Positions 1-9,318 of a stretch of 27,525 nucleotides of DNA are shown piece by piece. Below the pieces are notes generated by a model. The model did not search any database. It was not told where the DNA came from and saw only the letters and a list, made by a program, of their open reading frames with translations. Source of the stretch: Pyrinomonadaceae bacterium (GTDB lineage: Bacteria > Acidobacteriota > Blastocatellia > Pyrinomonadales > Pyrinomonadaceae); the NCBI GenBank assembly GCA_035639355.1, contig DASQYE010000182.1, forward strand, positions 1 to 27,525, given 5' to 3'. How positions within the stretch are numbered: position 1 is the stretch's first letter; every line of letters starts with the position of its first letter. The position numbers were made by a program, and so were the translations under genes.

Positions 1-85
1 CCTGTTCGGGGGACTCTCGCGGGCGACCCTGAAACGCTCTTATGCGGGGCGGGGACGGGCAGGCGTTGAGCCGGGAGCGGCGGCC

Positions 86-844
86 ATGGGATTTGAGGGA
101 AAATCGCGGCGCATACGAGACCGTCTGAAGCTCTCGCTGCCGGTGCGCGTCCGGTGCCGGGAAGTTGCCGAAGGTGACTGGGAGGAGGTGACGCGCCTGC
201 TCGACGTGACGCCGTTCGGCGCACGCTTCTCCGTCGGCAGGCACGTCGAGCGCGGACGCCTGCTGCATTTAACGCTGCCCATGCCGCGCCAGCTGCGCTG
301 TTACGATCACGCGGAAGACCATTACAAGGTCTGGGCGCTGGTGCGCCACACGAAGCCGCTCGCCTCTCAGGCCGAGGAAGACCTGCCACGCTTTGAGCTG
401 GGCGTAGCCTTCGTCGGCAAGCGTCTCCCGCCGAGCGCCGAACAGGACCCGACGAAGCTTTATGATGTCGCGACGCAAACCGAGACGGGCCTCTGGAACC
501 TGCGCGAGATGCAAGACCAGGCGACCACGGCGCAGGAGCGCGAGTACGTCCAGCGCCCGGAGACGCGCCATAATATTCCGGTCGAAGTGACGGTCGAGGT
601 CTTCGACGCGAGCGGAAAGCTGGCCACCAGCGAGACGACCGTGACGGAAAACATAAGCCATCACGGCGCGGCCGTCTTTACGACGCTCGGGGTCGCGCCC
701 GGCAGCTTCGTCCGCTTGACCAGCGTGCAATACCACATCTCGGTGCTGGCGGAAGTTCGCGGGCGCAGCAAGGGCGCGGACGGCGTCGGCCGCCTGCACC
801 TGAAATTTGTTGATCGCGCCTGGCCGCTCGAAGGAATCGAATAG
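86..844 (+). CDS. Tandem PilZ-domain protein
   Basis: Two PilZ-like units: RIRDRLKLSLPVRV...DVTPFGARF and RPETRHNIPVEV...NISHHGAAV (RxxxR plus D/NxS/TxxG). Confidence 0.85.
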   Translation: MGFEGKSRRIRDRLKLSLPVRVRCREVAEGDWEEVTRLLDVTPFGARFSVGRHVERGRLLHLTLPMPRQLRCYDHAEDHYKVWALVRHTKPLASQAEEDLPRFELGVAFVGKRLPPSAEQDPTKLYDVATQTETGLWNLREMQDQATTAQEREYVQRPETRHNIPVEVTVEVFDASGKLATSETTVTENISHHGAAVFTTLGVAPGSFVRLTSVQYHISVLAEVRGRSKGADGVGRLHLKFVDRAWPLEGIE

Positions 845-902
845 GTCTAGGGGAAACGACGGTGTTCTCTCAACCGGGGTTAAAGCCGGAGGGAAGCGGA
901 CT

Positions 903-1274
903 GTGAGCAGCAGCGGCAAGGTAAGACATCGTATAGATATTGAGCGCAGGGTGCTGTTAATAGAGATCGAGCGCCGCTGCTCTGACGCGCACTGCAATAC
1001 GAGGGCGCGCATCGGATTGACGAAAGACGAAGCGCGCGTCTACTGTGGCTTTGAGTGCGAGCAATGCAAGCGGTGGAACGAGGATGCGCTCAACGAGCGC
1101 GACGTGCCCGACTGGTGGGAGGAACTGGCGATCACGGACATGCACACCCTGCGCCAGCGCCGCATGGAATCCGCGGAAGAGCCCGGCGAAGTCGTCTCAC
1201 GCATGAGCGATGATTACAGGAGGATAAACGAAGGGATGAGGGGTGAGGGATCAAAGTGTGGCGGCGTTAGCTGA
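903..1274 (+). CDS. Hypothetical small protein with four Cys (CxxxxC...CxxC), possible Zn-binding
   Basis: In frame with ORF 807..1274. GTG at 903 is preceded by GGAGG and avoids overlap with the PilZ stop. Motifs CSDAHC and CEQC. Confidence 0.65.
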   Translation: MSSSGKVRHRIDIERRVLLIEIERRCSDAHCNTRARIGLTKDEARVYCGFECEQCKRWNEDALNERDVPDWWEELAITDMHTLRQRRMESAEEPGEVVSRMSDDYRRINEGMRGEGSKCGGVS

Positions 1275-1402
1275 CTGGTTCAATTAACGTATCCACACTT
1301 TCATCCTTGCGCCTTCCGCCTTGCTTTTTGATTGTTTTGGGCGAAACGAGCACGAACATAGCGCGCGGCTCTCAAAGAGGTGGAGCGCAGCCGGAGCCTT
1401 TA

Positions 1403-2020
1403 ATGCTCCCGCAGTGGGTGTTGGAATTCATGCGCCCGGCGGCTCGCTCCCTGTCTAACCTGCTCTGGCGTGTGGATTACGAGGGGACGGAGAACGTCCC
1501 GCTCAAGGGAGGCGTGATTATCGCCGCGAATCATCAGAGCTACATCGACCCGTTCTGGATAAGCGTTCCGATCAAGCGCACGCTGCGCTATCTGGCGTGG
1601 AGCAAGAGCTTCGATTGGCCCGTCATAGGTAAGCTGATGGAGTTGTTCGGCGCATGGCCGCTGGAAATAGAGCGCAGCGACCCGACGGCGATCCGCCGCT
1701 CCTTGCAGTGGCTACGCAGGGGCGGCGCGGTCGTCATCTTCCCGGAAGGCGGGCGCTGCCACCCGGACGGGGCGCTGATGAGATTTAAGAACGGCGCGGT
1801 GCGAATGGCCCTCGAAGCCAACGTGCCCATCCTGCCGGTAACGATTCGCGGCGCGCATCGCGTCTGGCCCAAAGGCTATCGCCTCCCGCATCTGGCCAAA
1901 GTCGAAGTCATCTATCACCCTCTCCATCACATTAAGCAGCGCGCGGGCGAAGACACCCGCGCCTGCGCACGGCGCGAAAGCGACCGCCTGGCCGAAATAA
2001 TCGCAACGAAACTACAGTGA
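1403..2020 (+). CDS. plsC: 1-acyl-sn-glycerol-3-phosphate / lysophospholipid acyltransferase (PlsC family)
   Basis: NHQSYIDP (HxxxxD) and FPEGGR motifs. ATG at 1403 follows GGAG; the track start at 1307 is probably too long. Confidence 0.85.
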   Translation: MLPQWVLEFMRPAARSLSNLLWRVDYEGTENVPLKGGVIIAANHQSYIDPFWISVPIKRTLRYLAWSKSFDWPVIGKLMELFGAWPLEIERSDPTAIRRSLQWLRRGGAVVIFPEGGRCHPDGALMRFKNGAVRMALEANVPILPVTIRGAHRVWPKGYRLPHLAKVEVIYHPLHHIKQRAGEDTRACARRESDRLAEIIATKLQ

Positions 2021-2077
2021 TGAGTGACAAGTAACGAGATAAAGCGCTTTCTTTCTTGCTTGTCACTCGTCACTGCA
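2013..2077. terminator. Long inverted repeat between convergent plsC and suhB; probable bidirectional terminator / REP-like element
   Basis: Arms tacagtgatgagtgacaag (2013-2031) and cttgtcactcgtcactgca (2059-2077) are complementary with 2 imperfect pairs and overlap both stop codons. Confidence 0.65.
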
Positions 2078-2843
2078 TTTGAAGCACTCTCATCATCGCT
2101 TCGTGGACGAGGCCGTTGCTTGCCATGATGGGCGGCGTGTAGATGTCGAATCGCTCTCCGTCGTAGCGCGAGACGCGACCGCCCGCCTCCTCTATCATGA
2201 GCACGCCGGCGGCGACATCCCAGGGGCGCAGACCCTCTTCCCAGAACCCGTCGAATCTGCCGCACGCCACGTAGGCCAGATCGAGCGCCGCCGAGCCGTC
2301 GCGGCGCACGGCCTGCGCGTGCATAATGAAATTGCGAAAGTGGCGCGCGAAGTCGCCGCCGTCGCGCACGTTGTAGGGAAAGCCCGTGCAAAGCATCGCG
2401 CGGTTGAGGTCGTCAATCTCCGAGACGCGTATGCGACGCCCGTTGAGCGTCGCGCCCTCGCCGCGCTCGGCCGCAAACGTCTCGTCGCGCAGGGGGTCGT
2501 GTATGACGCCGATCTCTACCACACCGGCCCGCTCAAGCGCGATCGAGACGCAGAAAGTTGGATAGCCGTGCGCGTAGTTCGTCGTCCCGTCCAAAGGATC
2601 GACGATCCAGCAGTACTCGCTCCTTTGCCCATCCTGTAAATCGGAAGCGCCGGATTCTTCGGCGAGGACGGCGTGGCGCGGGTGATAAGACTTGATTCGC
2701 TCGATAATCAATCGTTCGGCGGCGAGGTCTGCCTCCGTCACCAGGTCTATGACGCCCTTGTTGGTGATTTGAATCGAGCGACCCAGACGCTCGGCCAGGA
2801 TGCGACCGGCATCGCGCGCTGTTTGAACCGCGAAATTAAGCAA
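2070..2843 (-). CDS. suhB: Inositol monophosphatase family protein
   Basis: DLVTEAD, WIVDPLDGTTNYAHG, RRDGSAALD and WDVAAG motifs. Confidence 0.93.
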   Translation of the reverse strand: MLNFAVQTARDAGRILAERLGRSIQITNKGVIDLVTEADLAAERLIIERIKSYHPRHAVLAEESGASDLQDGQRSEYCWIVDPLDGTTNYAHGYPTFCVSIALERAGVVEIGVIHDPLRDETFAAERGEGATLNGRRIRVSEIDDLNRAMLCTGFPYNVRDGGDFARHFRNFIMHAQAVRRDGSAALDLAYVACGRFDGFWEEGLRPWDVAAGVLMIEEAGGRVSRYDGERFDIYTPPIMASNGLVHEAMMRVLQMQ

Positions 2844-2928
2844 TTCGATCTCCAGGTGAAAGCAAGTGACAGGGGCGCAGAGGAGTTGCGCCGCAAAAGC
2901 TTTTCACGATTGGCGGCCCGCGCGTCGC

Positions 2929-4611
2929 TTACTTTTCAGGTTTCTCCGGCATGGCGGGCAGCATCGGAATCCGTATGCCCTTGTCGCGCGCGGTCTCTGT
3001 GGCTTCCTCGTAACCGGCATCGACGTGACGCGCGACGCCGAGACCCGGATCGTTTGTCAGCACGCGGTTGAGCCGTCGCGCACCTTCGTCGGTTCCGTCG
3101 GCGACAGAGACCTGGCCCGCGTGCAGGCTGTAGCCGATGCCCACGCCTCCGCCGTGATGAAACGAGACCCAGCTTGCGCCGCTCGCAGTATTCAGGAGCG
3201 CGTTGAGGATGGGCCAATCGGCGACGGCGTCCGACCCGTCGAGCATAGCTTCGGTCTCGCGGAACGGCGAAGCGACGGAGCCCGTGTCCAGGTGATCGCG
3301 GCCGATGGCGATGGGCGCGCTCAAACTCCCGCGCTTGACCAGGTCGTTGATCCTCTCGCCCATCTCGGCGCGCTCGCCGTAGCCCAGCCAGCAGATGCGC
3401 GCCGGGAGTCCCTGAAACTGTACGCGCTCGCGCGCAAGCCGCAGCCATCTATCCAGCGTCCGGTCTTCGGGAAATAGCTCCATCGCAAGATCGTCGGTCT
3501 TGCGTATATCCTCGCTGTTGCCGGAGAGCGCCACCCAGCGAAAAGGGCCTTTTCCTTCACAGAAGAGCGGCCGAATATATTCGGGCACGAAGCCCGGAAT
3601 CTCGAAAGCATCATTGCATCCGGCATCGAACGCCTGCTTGCGTATGTTGTTGCCGTAGTCGAAGACGATTGCGCCGGCGCGCTTCAAGGCCAGCATGGCC
3701 TCCACGTGCCGGGCCATCGACTGCATAGAGCGCTCCGTATAGGCGGGCGCGTCCGTGCGGCGCAGCTCGTCGGCTTCTTCCAGCTCAAGACCGGCCGGAA
3801 CGTAGCCGTTCAATGGATCGTGCGCGCTCGTCTGGTCTGTGACGGCGTCAACCACTACGCCGCGCCTGACAAGCTCCGGCAGCACTTCGGCGCAGTTTCC
3901 GACCATGCCGACCGAGACGGCGTGGCCCTGCTCACGCGCGTCCTCGCAAATACGCAAAGCATCGTCCAGGTTGAGCGCCAGGCGATCGCAATAGCCCGTG
4001 CGAACGCGCCGCTCTATGCGCGCGCGGTCAACGTCTATGCCTAAGAATACGGCCCCGTTCATCGTCGCCGCGAGCGGCTGCGCGCCGCCCATGCCGCCCA
4101 TGCCGCCCGAGACCACCAGCCGTCCCGCGAGGCTTCCCCCGAAATGACGGTCGGCCATCGCCGCGAACGTCTCGAACGTGCCCTGGACGATGCCCTGCGT
4201 GCCGATGTAAATCCAGCTGCCGGCCGTCATCTGCCCGTACATCATCAGGCCGCGTCGCTCAAGCTCGTGGAAGTGTTCCCAGTTGGCCCACGCGCCGACC
4301 AGATTAGAATTGGCTATCAGAACGCGCGGCGCATACTCGTGCGTGCGAAAGACTGCGACGGGCTTGCCCGATTGCACCAGCAGCGTTTCTTCGTTCCCAA
4401 GCTCCAGCAGCTCGCGCACGATCGCCTCAAATGCCGCCCAGTTGCGCGCGGCCTTGCCGGCCCCGCCGTAGACGACCAGATCGTCGGGGCGCTCGGCCAC
4501 TTCCGGGTCGAGGTTGTTCATAAGGCAGCGCAGCGCGGCCTCCTGATGCCATCCCTTGCAGTTAAGGCTTGAGCCGCGCGGCGCGCGTATGGTTCTGGAA
4601 GAAGAAGTCAT
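2929..4611 (-). CDS. hutU: Urocanate hydratase
   Basis: [52 protein letters not shown] and HHGGGVG motifs. Start at ATG 4611 with AAGGGGA upstream; the longer track start overlaps the neighbouring gene. Confidence 0.97.
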   Translation of the reverse strand: MTSSSRTIRAPRGSSLNCKGWHQEAALRCLMNNLDPEVAERPDDLVVYGGAGKAARNWAAFEAIVRELLELGNEETLLVQSGKPVAVFRTHEYAPRVLIANSNLVGAWANWEHFHELERRGLMMYGQMTAGSWIYIGTQGIVQGTFETFAAMADRHFGGSLAGRLVVSGGMGGMGGAQPLAATMNGAVFLGIDVDRARIERRVRTGYCDRLALNLDDALRICEDAREQGHAVSVGMVGNCAEVLPELVRRGVVVDAVTDQTSAHDPLNGYVPAGLELEEADELRRTDAPAYTERSMQSMARHVEAMLALKRAGAIVFDYGNNIRKQAFDAGCNDAFEIPGFVPEYIRPLFCEGKGPFRWVALSGNSEDIRKTDDLAMELFPEDRTLDRWLRLARERVQFQGLPARICWLGYGERAEMGERINDLVKRGSLSAPIAIGRDHLDTGSVASPFRETEAMLDGSDAVADWPILNALLNTASGASWVSFHHGGGVGIGYSLHAGQVSVADGTDEGARRLNRVLTNDPGLGVARHVDAGYEEATETARDKGIRIPMLPAMPEKPEK

Positions 4612-4628
4612 AAGAGCAAAAAATCCCC

Positions 4629-4940
4629 TTACTCGCCCGAAGGGTTTCCCCACAGGCGACTCAGCCATCCGCCGCCTTCGCGCTTCGTCAGTTGTTCCAG
4701 CTCGCCCGCGTCCAACCATACTCCGCCGCATTTCTCGCAGCGATCTACCTGCACCTCTTCAAAAGAGATTTCTTTGAGCGTGCCGTCGCACTTGGGACAC
4801 CGGACGGCGGAGGCGGCCGTCTCTCGCGCCTGTTGTTCGGAGGCCATCTGCGCGCGCATCTTTTCTATAGCCTCCTGCTCTTTGCGCCGAAAGTAGTCAT
4901 TCTCAAGAGCTTTTTTACGATCATCCAAAGGGTTCGACAT
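4629..4940 (-). CDS. zf-TFIIB-type zinc-ribbon protein with charged helical N-terminus
   Basis: CPKC...[17 protein letters not shown] is the zf-TFIIB signature. GAGGAAGG RBS upstream; stop is 17 nt before the hutU start. Confidence 0.85.
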   Translation of the reverse strand: MSNPLDDRKKALENDYFRRKEQEAIEKMRAQMASEQQARETAASAVRCPKCDGTLKEISFEEVQVDRCEKCGGVWLDAGELEQLTKREGGGWLSRLWGNPSGE

Positions 4941-5060
4941 ACGTATCCTTCCTCTATCGCGTGTGATGATGCTTTACGGGCCCGCACTCACAGACACGCC
5001 GGGAGGGCGAAAAGCTTCCAGCGCCGGACGGGGCGTGATTTCTTTGAAGGATAATTAATA

Positions 5061-5097
5061 GCAGAAAAGAGGGCAAAGCGCACCGGCAGGCGCGCTC
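5061..5097 (-). terminator. Possible intrinsic terminator/attenuator hairpin after hutH
   Basis: On the minus strand GAGCGCGC-ctgccg-GTGCGCTT pairs (two G-U) and is followed by TGCCCTCTTTTC; the U-tract is not adjacent to the stem. Confidence 0.3.
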
Positions 5098-5106
5098 TCC
5101 TGACGC

Positions 5107-6606
5107 TTAAAAGTCGAACTCGCCCAGGCGAACGGCCGCGCCTATTTTCCGTATATCTTCCGAGAGCGAGCGGTCGCGCACGAGACGCGGCGCGTGCGCG
5201 CGCACAGCTTCGTAAGCCCTCTGGACGCCCAGACCGGGCCGGAGCGGCGCGCGGTATTCGAGCCCTTCGGCGGCGGCGAGCAGTTCTATGGCGACGACGT
5301 GCTCGGCATTCTCTACGACCGTGCGCAGCTTCGTGGCGGCCGTCATCCCCATAGAGACATGATCCTCTTTGCCGCCCGAGGTCGGCAGATTGTCCACGCT
5401 GGACGGATGCGCCAGCACCTTCGATTCCGAGAGGAGCGCGACGGCTGTGACCTGCGCGATCATAAAGCCGGAGGACGTGCCCGGATGCGCGGTCAGAAAC
5501 GGGGGCAGCCCTTCGTTGAGGTCTGGATTGACGAGACGTTCTATGCGGCGCTCGCTAATGCTGGTGAGATCGGTCAAGGCGATGGCAGCGTAGTCCAGGG
5601 CGAGCGCGAGCGGCGCGCCGTGAAAATTGCCGCCCGATAAAATCTCTTCGCCGTCGGCGAAGACGAGCGGGTTGTCGGTCGCCGCGCCCGTCTCCGTCTC
5701 AAGAATCTCGCGCGCGTGAGAGAGCGCGCCGCGCACAGCGCCGTGAACCTGCGGCATACAGCGCAAGCTGTAAGCGTCCTGCACGCGCGGGTCGTCTTCC
5801 AGGTGCGATTGCCTGATCTCGCTCTCCACTAGCAGTTCGCGCAGGTGCGCTGCCGCTTCCATCTGACCCGGATGAGGACGCGCCCGTTGTATGCGCTCGT
5901 CAAAAGCGACGGGCGTTCCGCGCAGCGCTTCCAGTGTCATCGCTCCGGCAACGTCGGCCACGCTCGCAAGCCTGAGCGCACGCCTGAGCGCCAGGCCGCC
6001 GACGGCCCCCATCGCCTGCGTGCCGTTCAAGAGAGCAAGTCCCTCTTTCGCCTCCAGCCGCAAGGGCGCAATCCCGGCCAGTCTGAGTGCTTCCGCGCTC
6101 GCCATACGCTCACCGCGATAGAAGGCTTCGCCTTCGCCTATGCAGGCGAGGGCCAGATGCGCCAGCGGGGCCAGATCGCCGCTCGCCCCGACCGAGCCCT
6201 TTTCGGGAACCACGGCGTGAACGCCGCGCGCAAGCATCGAGAGCAGCGTCTCGATGACGACCGGGCGCGCGCCGCTGTAGCCCAGGGCCAGTACGTTGGC
6301 GCGCAGCAGCATCATCGCGCGCGTCTCCTCTTCGGACAGAGGTTGGCCCACGCCGCACGCGTGGCTGCGCACCAGATTCAGTTGCAGCTCACTTAGCTCG
6401 GACTGAGCGATGCGCACGTCCGAGAGTTTGCCGAAGCCTGTATTGACGCCGTAAACGACGCGCCCGTCGGCCAGGATTTTTTCGATCACGCGCCGCGAGT
6501 CCAGAACGCGCTCGCGCGCAGCAGTCGCGAGCCCAACCTCGGACTCCCCCGCCGCCACACCGTAGACCTCTTCGAGCGTCAGCCGCTGACCGTTGAGTTC
6601 AAGCAT
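5107..6606 (-). CDS. hutH: Histidine ammonia-lyase
   Basis: VYGVNTGFG, GSVGASGDLAPLAH (ASG MIO triad), QDAYSLRC, GGNFHG and KEDHVSMG motifs. ATG at 6606. Confidence 0.97.
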   Translation of the reverse strand: MLELNGQRLTLEEVYGVAAGESEVGLATAARERVLDSRRVIEKILADGRVVYGVNTGFGKLSDVRIAQSELSELQLNLVRSHACGVGQPLSEEETRAMMLLRANVLALGYSGARPVVIETLLSMLARGVHAVVPEKGSVGASGDLAPLAHLALACIGEGEAFYRGERMASAEALRLAGIAPLRLEAKEGLALLNGTQAMGAVGGLALRRALRLASVADVAGAMTLEALRGTPVAFDERIQRARPHPGQMEAAAHLRELLVESEIRQSHLEDDPRVQDAYSLRCMPQVHGAVRGALSHAREILETETGAATDNPLVFADGEEILSGGNFHGAPLALALDYAAIALTDLTSISERRIERLVNPDLNEGLPPFLTAHPGTSSGFMIAQVTAVALLSESKVLAHPSSVDNLPTSGGKEDHVSMGMTAATKLRTVVENAEHVVAIELLAAAEGLEYRAPLRPGLGVQRAYEAVRAHAPRLVRDRSLSEDIRKIGAAVRLGEFDF

Positions 6607-6662
6607 AAAAAAGGTAATCGACAGCCAGTATTGGTTTTTACTGGCCGGCTGATCGCTCAATA

Positions 6663-7628
6663 CTATCGGGTAATCGTCTCTTCCTTGATCGTCTCTTTAT
6701 TTGGTATTTCAGAGATGTCCAGCCTTCTGAACTCGCCCGTGGCGGTGCGCGTGCGCTGGCGTGCCCTTTTGGCGCGGCGGGTGGCGGCACGGCGCGAGGT
6801 GGCGGCGGCGCGCGTCCAGTCGGTCACGCGGCGAAACGGGCGCAAGCTGAACTTGTGACTCGGCAGCACCTCTCCGGTCGCCTCGCGCAAACGGACGGTG
6901 GCGACGGCGAAGATCACCACCGCCACGTTGAATACTATGCCGACGGTGAAAACTATCCATCCCGGAACCAGCCCGACGGTCGCCCGCTCAAGAAAGACAT
7001 CGAAGCTGTAGGCCGGGAGCGGGTGCAGGTAGACTTTCAGATTCCAGCTCAGCGCCAGCAGCGCGAATATCCAAAGGTAGTTGCGGCGCAATCGTCGCCC
7101 GATGGCCTCCCACTCGCTGATCGTAAAATGCGGCGTCAACAGATCGGCCGCCAGGTGATCGGCCCACTCCTGATTGACAGTGCCTTCGGGCGCGAGCATC
7201 TGCGCGAAGTATCCAGTCTCCATCACGCGCACGCGGCTCGACCAGATTTCGTAGTAACGATAGCGCCGCGCCTCCATCACAAGGAAGATGGCGACGAGGA
7301 TGGAATTGATAGGGATTACAAAGTGTGGATTGCTGGGCGAGCTGAAGACGAAAGAGAGGGTTGCGCCCGCCGTCAGGACGGCCCAGTTCGTCGTCGTGTC
7401 CAGGCGATTGCGCCAGGTGTTTGAGCGCTGCACCTCTCCGCGATAGAAATGGACCATCGCGGTATTGAATTCTGCGGTCGAGAGCTTGCGCGTCGGGATG
7501 AAGGGACGCTGTATGCCGGCCCTCTCGGCTGGCGCTTTGTCCGCTGTGACGGAACTATGCAACGGGCCCGAGCCACGTTCGCCGCCCTGTAGCGAACCGC
7601 TTCCTCTTGTGCGCGCCTCGCTGCTCAT
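6663..7628 (-). CDS. DUF2270 family predicted integral membrane protein
   Basis: HFYRGEVQRSNTWRNRLDTTTNWAV and EARRYRYY signature; several hydrophobic segments. Confidence 0.85.
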   Translation of the reverse strand: MSSEARTRGSGSLQGGERGSGPLHSSVTADKAPAERAGIQRPFIPTRKLSTAEFNTAMVHFYRGEVQRSNTWRNRLDTTTNWAVLTAGATLSFVFSSPSNPHFVIPINSILVAIFLVMEARRYRYYEIWSSRVRVMETGYFAQMLAPEGTVNQEWADHLAADLLTPHFTISEWEAIGRRLRRNYLWIFALLALSWNLKVYLHPLPAYSFDVFLERATVGLVPGWIVFTVGIVFNVAVVIFAVATVRLREATGEVLPSHKFSLRPFRRVTDWTRAAATSRRAATRRAKRARQRTRTATGEFRRLDISEIPNKETIKEETITR

Positions 7629-7761
7629 CTCGTCAGGCGTAAAGTCGTCTCCTCCCTTGCCGCGATCAAAAGGACGGCCACGCGCGCGCCAACCCGCAGG
7701 CCGAAGCTGATAATAACACGCGCGCCTCCCTAACGGGGAGGTGGTGATGTGATTTGTCTCT

Positions 7762-8805
7762 TCAACGCGCGCCCGTAAGGCTTCTGATTAAATCAAACTC
7801 TTTCTGACTGAAGACGGTCCCGTCGGGCCGGAAAATGTCGTGGAACCAGACGGGCGGCTCGTCCGTGTCGGGCATGGGCGTGTCCCAGGCGAAGATCGTG
7901 TTGGTCTTGCCCTTGACCAGCCCCCAGTTGATCGCCCCGACGCGATACTTCTTTAGCACCGGAAGGTTCGTCTCGAACAGGCTGTTGCGCGTGCGCGCCA
8001 TGTACTCAGTGCAGACGACGGGGCGGCCCATTTTTTGAAGCTCTCTGATCTGCGCTTCGAGGCTCGCGGCGTCACTGTAGTTGTGGAAGCTTATGATGTC
8101 GGAATTGCCGAACATCACTTCGTTGCTCATGGGGTGATCGTGCCACCAGCCGGCCGTGATCGGCTGCGACGGGTTGGCTTGCTTCGCCCACTCGAAAACA
8201 TTCCTGAGCAGCGGCACAACGGCATCCATGTAGCCGGAGTTCGACGGCTCGTTGAACAAGTCCCAGGCGAGAACTCTCTGGTCGCTGCCGAATGTCTTGA
8301 GTATGTCCTTGGTGTAGCCTTCGAGCCCTCCCCACGTGCGCGAGTCGAACAGTCGCTCTGTGCCGGGCGCGCGCACCCAGCCGGAGTTGTGCACGCCTGG
8401 CTTCGGCGCGGGCTGCTTGCCCGGTTTCGGGTTGTCGTTCCAGCAGGAATCGAACAGCACGAAGATGCTCTTTATGTGGTGCTTGTCGGCTATGCGAAGG
8501 TATTCGTCTATGCGCTTCTTGAAGCCCGCGGCGTCCTGCTCCCAGACAAGGTTGTGCAGGTAGACACGCATCGTATTCATCCCGAGCCTTTCGGCGTAGC
8601 CCAGCTCGCGGTCTATAGTTTTCGGGTCGAAGGTATCGGCCTGCCACATCTCCAGCTGGTTGATGGCAGTGCTGGGGATAAAGTTTGCTCCGACGAGCCA
8701 GGGCTGGCGGGCGTACCACTGGTTTGCCTGTTCGGCCGACCAGCGCGGCGCGGCGTCGGCCACCAACGAGAACAGCAACAGGAACAGGAGCGCAAATCTC
8801 TTCAT
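7762..8805 (-). CDS. Secreted clan GH-A (GH5-like) glycoside hydrolase
   Basis: Signal peptide MKRFALLFLLLFSLVADA; GANFIPSTAINQLEMWQ; WDLFNEP acid/base and CTEY nucleophile motifs. GAGG RBS before ATG 8805. Substrate not determinable. Confidence 0.8.
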   Translation of the reverse strand: MKRFALLFLLLFSLVADAAPRWSAEQANQWYARQPWLVGANFIPSTAINQLEMWQADTFDPKTIDRELGYAERLGMNTMRVYLHNLVWEQDAAGFKKRIDEYLRIADKHHIKSIFVLFDSCWNDNPKPGKQPAPKPGVHNSGWVRAPGTERLFDSRTWGGLEGYTKDILKTFGSDQRVLAWDLFNEPSNSGYMDAVVPLLRNVFEWAKQANPSQPITAGWWHDHPMSNEVMFGNSDIISFHNYSDAASLEAQIRELQKMGRPVVCTEYMARTRNSLFETNLPVLKKYRVGAINWGLVKGKTNTIFAWDTPMPDTDEPPVWFHDIFRPDGTVFSQKEFDLIRSLTGAR

Positions 8806-8932
8806 AATTTTACACACCTCGATCGATGTAGTTTCGCCCGCGCCGGGTAGTGTCCCCGCCGCCAAAGCGCATACAAAACGGACGCGCCAAAGCCAGGGTC
8901 TAAGTTACAGCCCCGTTTGAAAGGCGCGCAAC

Positions 8933-8968
8933 AGAGAGAGAGAGAGAAAAGCGTGCGCTCTCTTCCCC
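8933..8968 (-). terminator. Hairpin plus (CT)n pyrimidine tract downstream of the small ORF; includes (AG)7 microsatellite
   Basis: Minus strand GAGAGC-gcac-GCTTTT followed by CTCTCTCTCTCTCT. Confidence 0.35.
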
Positions 8969-8996
8969 GCTGGCGATAGAAGAATCGTCCGTGCCG

Positions 8997-9230
8997 CTAG
9001 CGACTGACCAGTCCCTTCTTGATATTGCGCTGCCAGGCTTCATAATTCCTGATCCGCCGCTTGGCCTGCTTGCGGGTCAGGTTCAGCTTCACCGCGACAT
9101 AATCAATGCGTGCAGTTCGATCCTTCTTCTTATCATAAGGGTCTCCCGATGCTTGCAGGAAGAATTCGTAAGCTCGTGCCCACTCGTCTTTGATTTCCGC
9201 TGTTGCCTGCTTTCCGCGCAGTTCCGGCAT
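8997..9230 (-). CDS. Small basic hypothetical protein (77 aa), possible helix-turn-helix
   Basis: GAGG/GAAGG upstream of ATG; non-overlapping position; IDYVAVKLNLTRKQAKRRIRNYE has HTH-like spacing. Confidence 0.65.
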   Translation of the reverse strand: MPELRGKQATAEIKDEWARAYEFFLQASGDPYDKKKDRTARIDYVAVKLNLTRKQAKRRIRNYEAWQRNIKKGLVSR

Positions 9231-9318
9231 ACCTTCTCGTCACCTCTGCAAATGAATAGATTCAAAATGGTGGGAATCGCGAACTAAGACCGTAAGAGCA
9301 AATCCTCGTAGAGCCTCA

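Noticed and set aside
4612-4731. Track N-terminal extensions (hutU to 4731; also plsC 1307, hutH 6660, GH5 8865, GH63 24496, GMC 27383)
   Set aside because: Extensions overlap neighbours or lack an RBS; downstream starts have better RBS and family-typical N-termini.
269-8850. Long antisense or off-frame ORFs such as 269..1012, 2079..2639, 2866..3477, 5845..6396, 6855..7424, 8035..8850 and 8072..8719
   Set aside because: They are shadows of well-supported genes in GC-rich DNA, Arg/Ala-rich and without motifs.
8933-8947. (AG)7 tract as a phase-variation switch
   Set aside because: Intergenic between a stop codon and the next gene, and explained as the tail of a terminator-like hairpin.
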